Shown here piece by piece: positions 8,815 through 18,215 of a DNA stretch of 28,263 nt (the stretch's first letter is position 1; the number at the start of each line of letters is the position of its first letter). The position numbers were made by a program, and so were the translations under genes. Origin of the DNA: Oligoflexia bacterium (GTDB lineage Bacteria; Bdellovibrionota; Bdellovibrionia; JABDDW01); assembly GCA_043732305.1 (NCBI GenBank), contig JAYTHU010000160.1, positions 1 to 28,263 on the forward strand, written 5' to 3'. The notes beneath the pieces were generated by a model. The model was not told the origin of the DNA. It saw only the letters and a list, made by a program, of their open reading frames with translations, and did not search any database.

Positions 8815-8837
8815 TTTTTCGATTTTCCATCGAAAAA
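8815..8837. promoter_or_regulatory. Perfect 9-bp inverted repeat in a divergent promoter region
   Basis: TTTTTCGAT-TTTCC-ATCGAAAAA. Confidence 0.35.
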
Positions 8838-8886
8838 TAATAGCCAGGACTTATACGTTGTACGTTAACGGGAGAAAGATTTCCTT

Positions 8887-9776
8887 ATGGAAAGTTATGG
8901 CAGGAAAATTCTGACCTCGATTCAAATTTTAATGGCAGTATCTAGTGCAGCCATCTTACTTTCCGGCTGCAGAAAACTTTGGGGCGGACTCAGTCTGTTT
9001 ATGACTCTGGCAAAATTGCAATTGCCAGAACTACCTGCAGCGCCATACTCACCTGAACCGTAACTCTAAACACAACAGGACTAGCAGTGGGTACCGTGAC
9101 AGGCGCAGATATTTACAATTCTTTTTACTCTGGAAATATTGCCGCAGGCGTTCAAGGAAATAATTTTGGAAACTTGTCTAGATTTCTCAACCCACAGATA
9201 AACAGTTCTTATTGGCCAGGCGAAATTTGTACTGGAAACGGTGCCTGTACAAACAATGGAACTGCCGTTCCGTCACTTGCCACGTTCAAGGACATGACCC
9301 AATCTCCGATGAACACATGGGATTATACGGGTTCCACTGCCGATGGCCCTGAAGATCATTGGACCAAAGTGACCGACCCGTATCCGCAAAGTTGGAGGCA
9401 TCGCTGGAATCGCTGCTTGGACCAATATTTTAACATCTTTCTCTGCTGCATATGTCGTTGCTACTGGATCTGCAGTCGGAGGGATCGTTGGCACGGACAA
9501 TAACAATGGTGTTGTGGACAGCTTCGTAGGGGAAATGTGACGGGCACGGATAGAGTAGGATGCTTAATAGAATCCTCAAATAACTATCGCGCGAACGCTG
9601 GCGTCTCTTGCACAAACACAGGCGGCGGTGGAATAAATAATATTTTATCCAACACTCAACCCAATGCGATTTTCTTTTATAATCCAACGAATAATCCAAT
9701 GTCTAGCGGCGTTTGGGATTTTGTTGGAACATGGCGGAGTAATTTAGGTGTTCCGAACTATCCTACTCTGCGATAG
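8887..9776 (+). pseudogene. Fragmented gene for a GLUG-repeat surface lipoprotein
   Basis: ATG 8887 gives MESYGRK...AILLSGC (lipobox). Fragments follow in changing frames: TVTLNTTGLAVGTVTGADIYNSFYSGNI, KVGGIAGIAAWTNILTSFS..AVGGIVG, GNVTGTDRVGCLIE and a WDFVGTW..NYPTLR end. There is an in-frame TGA at 9054 and at least three frame changes. Confidence 0.72.
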
Positions 9777-9802
9777 CGCACCTAGACTAGACCCATCTGC
9801 CC

Positions 9803-9830
9803 TCAAGCTCTTTCGAAATTTTGTCGAAAG
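9803..9830 (+). promoter_or_regulatory. Candidate sigma-28 (FliA)-type promoter
   Basis: TCAAG-N15-GTCGAAAG-N8-ATG(9839), with spacing identical to the site upstream of the cyclase. Confidence 0.55.
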
Positions 9831-9838
9831 ATGGTGGT

Positions 9839-11077
9839 ATGAATCCTTTAAAGAACTTACAGATCAATGATGGAGCTTGGGAATCTCTGGTGAGAGATGC
9901 CGAGCTACAGAAATGTCATCCAGTGGTTATGGCCATCGAAAAAGGTTTCATCAAAGAGCTCGAATATGTCGAAGACTTGAAAAATCATGTTGAGTTATCG
10001 TGGCTGAAACAAGAATTTTTCAACAAAGAACCCGATCTTGAACATCTCAAAACTTTCGAATACGAAAAAATGTATGCTGCCGGAATCATTCCCATCGGCG
10101 CATGGGATGGTAAAAACTATTTTGCAAAAATTAGTTCTGAAGCCGTCAGCAAAGAAAGTTTTGCGATTGAATCAAGTCTTCTTGAACCGGTTTTTGTTTT
10201 AGCTTCATGGACCGGATTAAAAAAATGGTTTGGTCTTTGGGAAATAGCTGTCATTAAAAAAGAAATTCCCCAGGGATTCAAAGACACATCAAAACAAGTT
10301 TTATTAAATATAAACTTTGATACCGTCTCCGTTCTCTCAGATGACAATGCAGAACCAAATCCTGTGGTGATTCTAGCGGCATTACCTTCGCCTCAGCCAG
10401 TTCCAGTAGTTGATGAACCAGGTGCTCTGACATTCAATTTCGATTCAATCCTAAAACCCCACGCATCACCACCAAAGCCACCGGCACCAATAGCTCCGCC
10501 GCAAGTCCCGAAATTCCAAGTTGAAGTCGCGGTCAACACATCAACTGATATTCTGTGTAACATTCAAGCCATTCCGTTTGATGTCGTCACAAACAGTGCC
10601 AAGATGTGTCGAAGTTACGATGATCTCTGCGGTCTGATGATGGGAGCATGGCGAACATTTTTTGAAGAGATAATGGTTCTAAATCTCAAAGACGACAACA
10701 TGACTAGCCACAAGTGGACCGGTAACTGGCAGCTGCTACCGAATCCTGTTCAAGTTATGATTGATCAACCTTGTATTTTTAAAATTGCCAAAGACACATT
10801 GCACCCGTTTCATGGAGCAATAGTCACCAATTCTATCAATCAAGAATTCTTTGATAAAGTCAATGGCGGGAAAATACCCGAGCATGTGACCATCATTCCC
10901 ATCACAGGTCCTGAAGAAGTCGAATGCCTATTACTTGGGATGTGCACCAAGCAATCGGGTCAGAGAATAAACATAGATTCATTGGAAGTCGCCGCGAAAT
11001 TATTTAGTGATCAAATGAAAGTGATTTTAGCTGTCCCCGGGGCTCGGGACAGTCATATCCAAAAGGCGGCAGTCTAA
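9839..11077 (+). CDS. Hypothetical cytoplasmic protein: N-terminal domain weakly like GspE/PilB-N, Pro-rich linker, C-terminal GAF-like domain
   Basis: Long ORF with no signal peptide. Contains GIIPIGAWDG, the linker SPPKPPAPIAPPQVP and C-terminal HPFHG...PEHVTIIPI...LLLG. ATG 9839 preferred over TTG 9821 because of the promoter geometry. Domain calls are by-eye resemblance only. Confidence 0.7.
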   Translation: MNPLKNLQINDGAWESLVRDAELQKCHPVVMAIEKGFIKELEYVEDLKNHVELSWLKQEFFNKEPDLEHLKTFEYEKMYAAGIIPIGAWDGKNYFAKISSEAVSKESFAIESSLLEPVFVLASWTGLKKWFGLWEIAVIKKEIPQGFKDTSKQVLLNINFDTVSVLSDDNAEPNPVVILAALPSPQPVPVVDEPGALTFNFDSILKPHASPPKPPAPIAPPQVPKFQVEVAVNTSTDILCNIQAIPFDVVTNSAKMCRSYDDLCGLMMGAWRTFFEEIMVLNLKDDNMTSHKWTGNWQLLPNPVQVMIDQPCIFKIAKDTLHPFHGAIVTNSINQEFFDKVNGGKIPEHVTIIPITGPEEVECLLLGMCTKQSGQRINIDSLEVAAKLFSDQMKVILAVPGARDSHIQKAAV

Positions 11078-11533
11078 CTTTCTATCGAACTCAGTTCCTT
11101 CGCCACCACCAAGAGCTAAATTCAATACAAAAATATCTCGGCCCGGGGGAAGCAATTCTTTATGTTGAATTAAAATATCCGCCCACTCCACGCAAATAAC
11201 CATTTTGCCTTTGACCAGATCCCAAAATCCGAGACTCTCTAAATCTTCAAGAGATTGTGCGCGATACAAATCAAGATGGGCCACTTTTTTGGGTCCATTT
11301 TCATAAATATTTAGAAGACTGTAAGTTGGCGAAGGCACAACGATTTGCTTTTTTTCCAAATAGGCTCTCACGAAAGCGCGAGCCCACTCCGTTTTTCCGG
11401 AGCCCAAATCTCCTGAAAGAAAAATTATGGATGGAGTTTTGATATTTTGTGCAAAAAGTTTAGCATGTTTTCCAGTATCTAAAACTTCGGTCGATTGGAA
11501 TTTCCCTACGATTTTCTTTAAATGATTTCTCAT
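11027..11533 (-). CDS. tsaE: tRNA threonylcarbamoyladenosine biosynthesis ATPase TsaE
   Basis: GDLGSGKT Walker A, SPTYSLLN, HLDLYR, VEWAD. Confidence 0.95.
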   Translation of the reverse strand: MRNHLKKIVGKFQSTEVLDTGKHAKLFAQNIKTPSIIFLSGDLGSGKTEWARAFVRAYLEKKQIVVPSPTYSLLNIYENGPKKVAHLDLYRAQSLEDLESLGFWDLVKGKMVICVEWADILIQHKELLPPGRDIFVLNLALGGGEGTEFDRKLDCRLLDMTVPSPGDS

Positions 11534-12276
11534 ATGGCTAGCAAACTCTTCATCCGATTAACCGCAGCAGCCATCCCAACAAAAACTGATTCACAAATAA
11601 TGGCGTGTCCAATATTTACCTCTTCTAAAAATGGCAGATGTTTAATTTTAGAAATATTTTCGTAATCTAAACCGTGACCAGCATGCACGTGGAGTTTTAG
11701 AGAGTGGGCCTGCTTGCAGGCTCTTTCTAATTTCTCATACTCAGCACTCACAGTTTCTGTCGATTTATAATTAGCGTAATGGCCGGTATGAAACTCGACT
11801 GCGTCTCCGCCAACATCAAAACTTGCTTGAACTTGAGATTCATCAGCTTCAATAAAAAGAGAAACTTTGATTCCTGCAGCTTTAAGCACTGAGGTCACTC
11901 GGTGTATGTTTTCTTTTTGCCCAAAAACATTCAATCCACCTTCGGTCGTCAGCTCTTCTCGCTTTTCGGGAACCAGACAAACAATCAACGGTTTATATTT
12001 AAGCGCCATCTCGAGCATTTCGTCAGTCGCAGCCATTTCCAAATTAATGGGAAAGTTCGGTTGGATATTTTTCGAGAGCTGAAAAGGCTGAGAAAGCTTA
12101 GCGAGATCGGCTTCTTGAATGTGCCGCCGGTCTCCACGCACATGAACAGTGATGAGATCGGCTCCAGCTTCCATGCAAATTTGTGCGGCCCTTATAGGAT
12201 CAGGGTATTCCACCAAACCCGCTCGCTGCTGACGCAGTGTCGCGACATGATCAATGTTCAACCCAAGCCGAATCAC
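11530..12276 (-). CDS. pdxJ: Pyridoxine 5'-phosphate synthase
   Basis: LGLNIDHVATLRQ, ITVHVRGDRRHI, CLVPEKREELTTEGGL, HAGHGL, EVNIGHAI. Confidence 0.97.
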   Translation of the reverse strand: MIRLGLNIDHVATLRQQRAGLVEYPDPIRAAQICMEAGADLITVHVRGDRRHIQEADLAKLSQPFQLSKNIQPNFPINLEMAATDEMLEMALKYKPLIVCLVPEKREELTTEGGLNVFGQKENIHRVTSVLKAAGIKVSLFIEADESQVQASFDVGGDAVEFHTGHYANYKSTETVSAEYEKLERACKQAHSLKLHVHAGHGLDYENISKIKHLPFLEEVNIGHAIICESVFVGMAAAVNRMKSLLAI

Positions 12277-13652
12277 GAAAGTTCTCGTGTCAAAATTTCT
12301 GCAATTTCTTCGACCATGAGATTGATATCGTCGAGCTTTGGCCCTTCGACTAAAATTCTGACCAACGGTTCAGTCCCAGAAAATCTAAGGAACACCCGTC
12401 CGCGATCTTTAAGTCTGTCTTCGGCGCGGTTGATAGCCGTTTGCAATTCTGGAATATCATCTAGATTTTTCCGATGACTCACACGAATGTTGCGTAGAAC
12501 CTGGGGCATTTCTTTTAAGTGCGATGAAAGTTCGCTAAGTTTTTTCTTTTTTTCCACCATGACCGCAAGCACTCTTAGTGCCGCAATCAATCCGTCACCG
12601 GTTGTCCCGTGTTGAAGAAATATAATATGCCCTGATTGCTCTCCGCCTAAAACATATCCGCCAGCTTTCATCGCTTCGACTACATTTTTATCACCAACGT
12701 CGGTCGTGATTATCTTGATGCCGTTTTTCTTCAGCACTTGAGAAAGACCAATGTTGCTCATGTGAGTTGTTGCGATTGTTTTACCAGGCAATTGGTTTTT
12801 GTCGTTCATGTCGATCGCGCAAATGGCAAGAATGTGATCGCCATTTACTATTTTGCCGTTTTCATCGCATAAAATCACGCGGTCAGCATCGCCATCGAGA
12901 CAAATTCCAATGTCTGCCCGATATTCAACCACCGCTTGCGCCACATTTTCTGGATAAAGGGCGCCGCATTTGTCATTGATATTCATCCCGTTTGGTTCAA
13001 TGCCGAGCTTGATCACTTCAGCACCGAGCTCTTCAAAAACCCAAGGAGCAACCTTATAGGCGGCACCATTGGCACAATCGAGAACGATACGTAAACCTGA
13101 AAGCGAGAGCGCCTGAGGGAAAGTATTTTTAACATAAACAACATAGCGGCCAATTGCATCTTCAATGCGCACCGTTTTACCTACGCCATCGGCGGTGGGT
13201 AAATGCTCACCGAGTTCCCCACCCAGAACAAGATTTTCAATAGCTAATTCTTCTGACACGGGAAGTTTGTAACCATCGCGACCAAAAATTTTAATACCAT
13301 TGTCTTGATACAGGTTGTGGCTGGCAGAAATAACTATTCCTGCATCCGCGCGCATATTTTGGGTGAGAAAAGCAATTCCGGGAGTGGGCAGCGGCCCCGT
13401 GAGAATAACATTTGCGCCCATGGAGCAAAGGCCGGAGGCTAAAGCTTGCTCGATCATGTAACCACTCAAGCGAGTGTCTTTACCGATGAGGACTTTGGGT
13501 TTTTTACCTTTTTGATTTTGATTTTCCATGAGAATTTTATAGCCGATGGCTTTTCCCACCTGCATGGCAATTTCAGTTGTCATAGGAAATTGATTGGCGG
13601 TTCCGCGGATACCATCTGTACCAAAAAGTTTATCGCGCTTAGAGACACTCAT
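12273..13652 (-). CDS. glmM: Phosphoglucosamine mutase
   Basis: LFGTDGIRG, GKDTRLSG, ISASHN (phospho-Ser), DGDADR, GGEQSGH, RFSGTEP. Confidence 0.97.
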   Translation of the reverse strand: MSVSKRDKLFGTDGIRGTANQFPMTTEIAMQVGKAIGYKILMENQNQKGKKPKVLIGKDTRLSGYMIEQALASGLCSMGANVILTGPLPTPGIAFLTQNMRADAGIVISASHNLYQDNGIKIFGRDGYKLPVSEELAIENLVLGGELGEHLPTADGVGKTVRIEDAIGRYVVYVKNTFPQALSLSGLRIVLDCANGAAYKVAPWVFEELGAEVIKLGIEPNGMNINDKCGALYPENVAQAVVEYRADIGICLDGDADRVILCDENGKIVNGDHILAICAIDMNDKNQLPGKTIATTHMSNIGLSQVLKKNGIKIITTDVGDKNVVEAMKAGGYVLGGEQSGHIIFLQHGTTGDGLIAALRVLAVMVEKKKKLSELSSHLKEMPQVLRNIRVSHRKNLDDIPELQTAINRAEDRLKDRGRVFLRFSGTEPLVRILVEGPKLDDINLMVEEIAEILTRELS

Positions 13653-14269
13653 TCCAATATGATCTCCACTTTGACAGCTTCTTTGGATTTTTCTAAACCA
13701 ATTTCTTCTAACATCAAGGGCACTTCTAAAGTTTGTGTCACAGACACTCGTTCAAGTTCGATGGGCGCAGTCGACACACTCTTGACAGCAGTGAGGATTT
13801 CTTTGGAACCAAATATTTCCGCGTCGACCGGAATAACTCTCATTGAAGAAAGTTTTTTTGAGTCTGGAAGCTTTCCGCGAATATTTATTTCGACAGGAAC
13901 TCTTTTGGAAAACATTTTTTCTAATCGAGGAGTGACCGTGCTGGGAGAAACGCTCAATATTCTTACGCCAGGAGGGGTATTGATGCTGTCCGCGTGGAGT
14001 CTCACGGTGGTGACCCCAGGAAGAGCTGCAGACAAATCAATGACGAGAGGTTCTTTTAACTCGCTGAATTTTTTCAAAACTAATCGGGGACCCGCTGCTT
14101 TAAAAGCAACTTCCTTAGGAACATCAGATCCGACCGTCATCCCATGTGGCAGAATAAATTCGACAGGAACCATTTTGGTCATGACGGATTCTTTGCTGCC
14201 CAAAATGATCACCCATAAAATCATGGTGATCAATAGAGCTACAATTTTATAACTGGTATTTTCTTTCAC
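13649..14269 (-). CDS. cdaR: YbbR-domain diadenylate cyclase regulator CdaR
   Basis: N-terminal TM (KIVALLITMILWVII), YbbR-like beta-rich repeats (...SVSPSTV...KRVPV), and position between cdaA and glmM. Confidence 0.85.
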   Translation of the reverse strand: MKENTSYKIVALLITMILWVIILGSKESVMTKMVPVEFILPHGMTVGSDVPKEVAFKAAGPRLVLKKFSELKEPLVIDLSAALPGVTTVRLHADSINTPPGVRILSVSPSTVTPRLEKMFSKRVPVEINIRGKLPDSKKLSSMRVIPVDAEIFGSKEILTAVKSVSTAPIELERVSVTQTLEVPLMLEEIGLEKSKEAVKVEIILE

Positions 14270-15108
14270 GCGCCGCCCTCGATTTTTCCCGATTTAGGCA
14301 CCGGCGTGGTGGGAATTTCCGGCTTGTAATGCTGAGAGAGATTAAACAAATTGTAAAGGGCTCGTCTTAAGGTAGGTGCATCTAAATCAGAGGTGATCTG
14401 TCCGCCAAGAACCAAACTTGCCTGCATATTTTCTTCACTCACCACAATAACGACGGCGTCGGTTTCTTCGGTCAAACCAATAGCTGCGCGGTGACGAGTG
14501 CCAAGATTTTTATCAATATTCGGATTTCGAGTCAGTGGCAAGAAACACCCTGCTGCGGAAATTCTTCCACCGCGAATGATCAAAGCTCCATCATGAATGG
14601 GCGATGACGTCACAAAAATTGAATTCATTAACTCTGCGTTCACGGCGCTATCAATGCGGGTGCCGACCTCAATGTAATCTTCTAAACCAATTTCTTTTTC
14701 GATGACAATCAGTGCGCCGATTTTCTTCTGCGCCAGTTGAATTGTCGCCTTCACGATTTCATCGATGACATGAGTTTCTTCTTCGGCAGAAATACCGGTG
14801 AAGAATGGATTGCGCCCAATGTGTGCAAGTCCCCGCCTGATTTCGTGCTGAAACAAAACGACGATGATAATAAATAAATTTGAGAAGAATTTTTCGAGTA
14901 ACCAATTGAGAGTGTAGAGATCGAGCCAGATGCTTAAAATGTAACCAATGGCGACAATACCAAGACCAGAGAGCATTTGCACGGCGCGGGTGCGTTTGAT
15001 CAAAAGAAGCACACGGTAAATCAAAAACCAAACGACAACCATGTCCACCAAGTCCATAGGACGGAAGGTGGAGAATAACAATGCCATGTTATGCCAGATA
15101 TTGGTCAC
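14266..15108 (-). CDS. cdaA: Diadenylate cyclase CdaA (c-di-AMP synthase)
   Basis: Three N-terminal TM helices, VLFQHEIRRGL, IGALIVIE, and the catalytic DAC motifs HDGA and GTRHRAA. Confidence 0.95.
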   Translation of the reverse strand: MTNIWHNMALLFSTFRPMDLVDMVVVWFLIYRVLLLIKRTRAVQMLSGLGIVAIGYILSIWLDLYTLNWLLEKFFSNLFIIIVVLFQHEIRRGLAHIGRNPFFTGISAEEETHVIDEIVKATIQLAQKKIGALIVIEKEIGLEDYIEVGTRIDSAVNAELMNSIFVTSSPIHDGALIIRGGRISAAGCFLPLTRNPNIDKNLGTRHRAAIGLTEETDAVVIVVSEENMQASLVLGGQITSDLDAPTLRRALYNLFNLSQHYKPEIPTTPVPKSGKIEGGA

Positions 15109-15111
15109 GGA

Positions 15112-17070
15112 TTAAGCTCCAACGGGATCAGAGCCTCCGCCGATTCGTACAACATCTTTTTTAGTTTCTTCAACCACTGGGCCAATAGTAATGCCCTCCA
15201 AATTTTGCGCCTTCAAACTGTCTGAACGCTTCTTCCTCTCGGCATCGATATCAGAAAGAGTTTTGCCAGAAAACAACATTTCAACTTCAGATCCATCGAT
15301 CGTTTCACGTTGAACTAAAGCATCAGCGAGAGCATGCAAAATAGCGACTTTGCCGCTCAAGATTTTCTTAGCTTTTTCGTAATTTCTCATCACGATGGCT
15401 TTCACCTCTTGATCGATAGCCTCTGCAGTTTTCTCTGAGTAATCTTGAGTTTTAGAAATTTCTCGGCCCAAGAAAATTTGTTCTTCACGTTTTCCGTAAG
15501 AGAGAGGCCCTAAAGCAGACATTCCCCATTCGGTAACCATGCGTCGAGCAATTTCGGTGGCGCGCTCAATGTCATTTCCAGCACCGGTGGTGTGATTATT
15601 GAAAATAATTTCTTCGGCACATCTTCCACCCATTAAGAATGCGATATTGTTTTCCGCAGCCTCATTGGTGAGATTCAAGCGATCTTTCTCAGGCAAAGTT
15701 TGCGTGAGTCCAAGCGCCATTCCACGAGGAATAATTGTAACTTTGTGAATAGGATCAGTGCCAGGAATGCTTTTGCCGACGAGGGCATGGCCAGCTTCAT
15801 GGTACGCGGTGATTTTCTTTTCTTCATCGCTGATAACCATGCTTTTGCGCTCAGCACCCATCATGACTTTGTCCTTCGCGGTTTCAAAATCATCGGAATC
15901 AAGTTTGTTTTTTCCTTTGCGAGCAGCCATGAGTGCAGCTTCATTCACAAGACTCTCTAAATCTGCGCCGGAGAAACCAGGAGTTCCACGCGCCACTTTT
16001 CCAAGATCAACTTCAACAGCCATTGGTGTTTTACGAGTGTGAACTTTTAAAATCTGCTCGCGCCCCTTAACGTCAGGTTTACTCACAACCACACGTCTGT
16101 CAAAACGACCGGGTCTAAGAAGTGCGGGATCGAGAACATCAGGACGATTGGTTGCAGCAATAAGGATTACTCCGTCATTGCTCTCAAACCCATCCATTTC
16201 AACTAACAGTTGATTGAGAGTTTGCTCGCGCTCGTCATGACCGCCGCCAACTCCTGCACCACGATGTCTTCCGACAGCGTCAATCTCATCAATAAAGATG
16301 ATACAGGGGGCATTCTTTTTACCTTGCTCAAATAAATCGCGGACTCGACTTGCGCCAACGCCGACAAACATTTCAACAAAGTCAGAACCGGAAATACTAA
16401 AAAATGGAACACCCGCTTCTCCAGCGATAGCTCGAGCCATCAAGGTTTTTCCAGTTCCAGGAGGACCCATCAACAAAACACCTTTGGGAATTCTTCCACC
16501 AAGACGTGTGAATTTTTTGGGATCTTTCAGGAAATCTATAATTTCAGATAATTCTTCACGAGCTTCTTCCACACCAGCGACATCTTTAAACGTCACGCGG
16601 TTTTTATTTTCAGTGAGAAGTTTTGCTTTAGATTTTCCAAAGCTCATGGCTTTTCCGCCACCCGCTTGGATTTGCCGCATAAATAAAAGAAACATCACAA
16701 AGATAAATATCAGCGGTAACCAATTTACAAAAAGCGCATGAATGAAACTTGTCCGCTCAGTGTTTTCATAATTTGGGATTATTCCTGCAGCCATTACAAT
16801 TTTCAGAACTTCATCACCAGTATTGCCAGTGATGTGAAATTGCTTGCCCTTGTACTTGGATTCAAATTCGGGCTTTACTTCGCCAAGAATTTCGCCAGTG
16901 TCACGAAATGTGACATCAGTCACTTCACCCGCTTGCACGGATTTTATGAATTTCGAAAAGTTGTAATCGGCAATTAAAGTCGACGCGCGATGATCATAGA
17001 AGTGATACAAAATCACACCCAAAAGGATGAGACTCGCCCAGAGCGCCAGAGTTTTTTGTGATTGTTTCAT
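15112..17070 (-). CDS. ftsH: ATP-dependent zinc metalloprotease FtsH
   Basis: Two TMs, [12 protein letters not shown] pore loop, [31 protein letters not shown] upstream. Confidence 0.98.
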   Translation of the reverse strand: MKQSQKTLALWASLILLGVILYHFYDHRASTLIADYNFSKFIKSVQAGEVTDVTFRDTGEILGEVKPEFESKYKGKQFHITGNTGDEVLKIVMAAGIIPNYENTERTSFIHALFVNWLPLIFIFVMFLLFMRQIQAGGGKAMSFGKSKAKLLTENKNRVTFKDVAGVEEAREELSEIIDFLKDPKKFTRLGGRIPKGVLLMGPPGTGKTLMARAIAGEAGVPFFSISGSDFVEMFVGVGASRVRDLFEQGKKNAPCIIFIDEIDAVGRHRGAGVGGGHDEREQTLNQLLVEMDGFESNDGVILIAATNRPDVLDPALLRPGRFDRRVVVSKPDVKGREQILKVHTRKTPMAVEVDLGKVARGTPGFSGADLESLVNEAALMAARKGKNKLDSDDFETAKDKVMMGAERKSMVISDEEKKITAYHEAGHALVGKSIPGTDPIHKVTIIPRGMALGLTQTLPEKDRLNLTNEAAENNIAFLMGGRCAEEIIFNNHTTGAGNDIERATEIARRMVTEWGMSALGPLSYGKREEQIFLGREISKTQDYSEKTAEAIDQEVKAIVMRNYEKAKKILSGKVAILHALADALVQRETIDGSEVEMLFSGKTLSDIDAERKKRSDSLKAQNLEGITIGPVVEETKKDVVRIGGGSDPVGA

Positions 17071-17162
17071 GGGAATTCCTCTCTGAAAAATACTATTGCA
17101 TTTAGTTTAGCAAATCCACTCCCGTTTACTACCGCTAAACATGAGTATTTTCTCGTCTTATG

Positions 17163-18215
17163 TCAAGACTTGCGATGCACGAAGTAGTTCTCGACAGACC
17201 AATCTTGAGTGGCCACTCGAAATCCAAAAGATTTTCGGGGAGTCTGAAGTCGCTTTTTAAACTCTTTGACATGGCTAGACGTGACTCTCGTCGATGTGTT
17301 CTGACGCAAAAACGCGTAAATCTCTTCATCTTGCTCGTGATCCGAAAGTTTCTTTAAAGCTTCTCTATCAAGCACAGTGACAGAAACCTTCCCTGCGCCA
17401 GCGGCGGGAGTCGTCACTTTGATTTTGGTGTTGGCCGAACCCTGTTTGACAGTCAGACCTTCAGTGGCTTTTACTAGCCTCTCTAGACTTTCAAAGAGGC
17501 TATCTACATAACCAGGGTGATCCATCCTCAGCCTAGCAATCCAGTTGCGTCTGATCCAATTTCTAAATTTTGTGGTGTCACTGTTGGTGGCATCATTTCT
17601 CCAACGTAGACCAAGTTTTTTTGCGTAAATCTCAATGTCGCGTCTAGTTAAAGTCAGAAAAGGTCGAAGCAGTCCCTCAGGACTTATGATGGTCATCGCT
17701 TTTAGACCGTGAATTCCAGTGCCGTGCAAAAGTCTCATGAGCCTTGTTTCGATCAAATCATCACGATGATGAGCGGTAATGATCACGCTCGCACCCATCT
17801 GATGTTTCACATCAAACAATATTTCGTAGCGCCTTTCCCGAAGGGCATTTTCACTTACCTTGAGTTTGGGAATCTTGAATTTTTTGGTGATCACAGGAAC
17901 GCCTAGGCGATTCGCCATTTCAATAACAAAGGCTTCATCTCCGTCCGCATCTTTTGCACGAACTCCATGATTGATGTGGGCCACAAAAATCTTATATTTA
18001 AGGCGGCCAGTCAATTTTACGAGCGCATTCAGAAGAATAACAGAGTCGATTCCACCACTCACCGCCACCACCACATTTTGATTTTCCAAAACATTGCGGT
18101 ACTCGCTCATCACCATATAGAGTTTTTTCTCGAGAGGATCGAGAGGGATGCCGGTGAGACTATCCTGTCGTTTGCTATTTTTTAATTTTGCCGGAATCGA
18201 CTTGCCACTCATCAT
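17163..18215 (-). CDS. tilS: tRNA(Ile)-lysidine synthetase TilS (short form; start uncertain)
   Basis: AVSGGIDS, HINHG, RERRY, TAHHRDDLIET, RPFL, NDATN, RNWIR. ATG 18215/18212 is more likely than TTG 18263. Confidence 0.92.
   Translation of the reverse strand: MMSGKSIPAKLKNSKRQDSLTGIPLDPLEKKLYMVMSEYRNVLENQNVVVAVSGGIDSVILLNALVKLTGRLKYKIFVAHINHGVRAKDADGDEAFVIEMANRLGVPVITKKFKIPKLKVSENALRERRYEILFDVKHQMGASVIITAHHRDDLIETRLMRLLHGTGIHGLKAMTIISPEGLLRPFLTLTRRDIEIYAKKLGLRWRNDATNSDTTKFRNWIRRNWIARLRMDHPGYVDSLFESLERLVKATEGLTVKQGSANTKIKVTTPAAGAGKVSVTVLDREALKKLSDHEQDEEIYAFLRQNTSTRVTSSHVKEFKKRLQTPRKSFGFRVATQDWSVENYFVHRKS

Noticed and set aside
9054..9056. In-frame TGA as selenocysteine or an alternative genetic code
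   Set aside because: TGA is the normal stop of many intact genes in this window, and the surrounding region is frameshifted.
11902..12477. 191-aa plus-strand ORF
   Set aside because: Antisense to the well-supported pdxJ and glmM.
13446..14252. 268-aa plus-strand ORF
   Set aside because: Antisense shadow of cdaR/glmM with no recognisable motifs.
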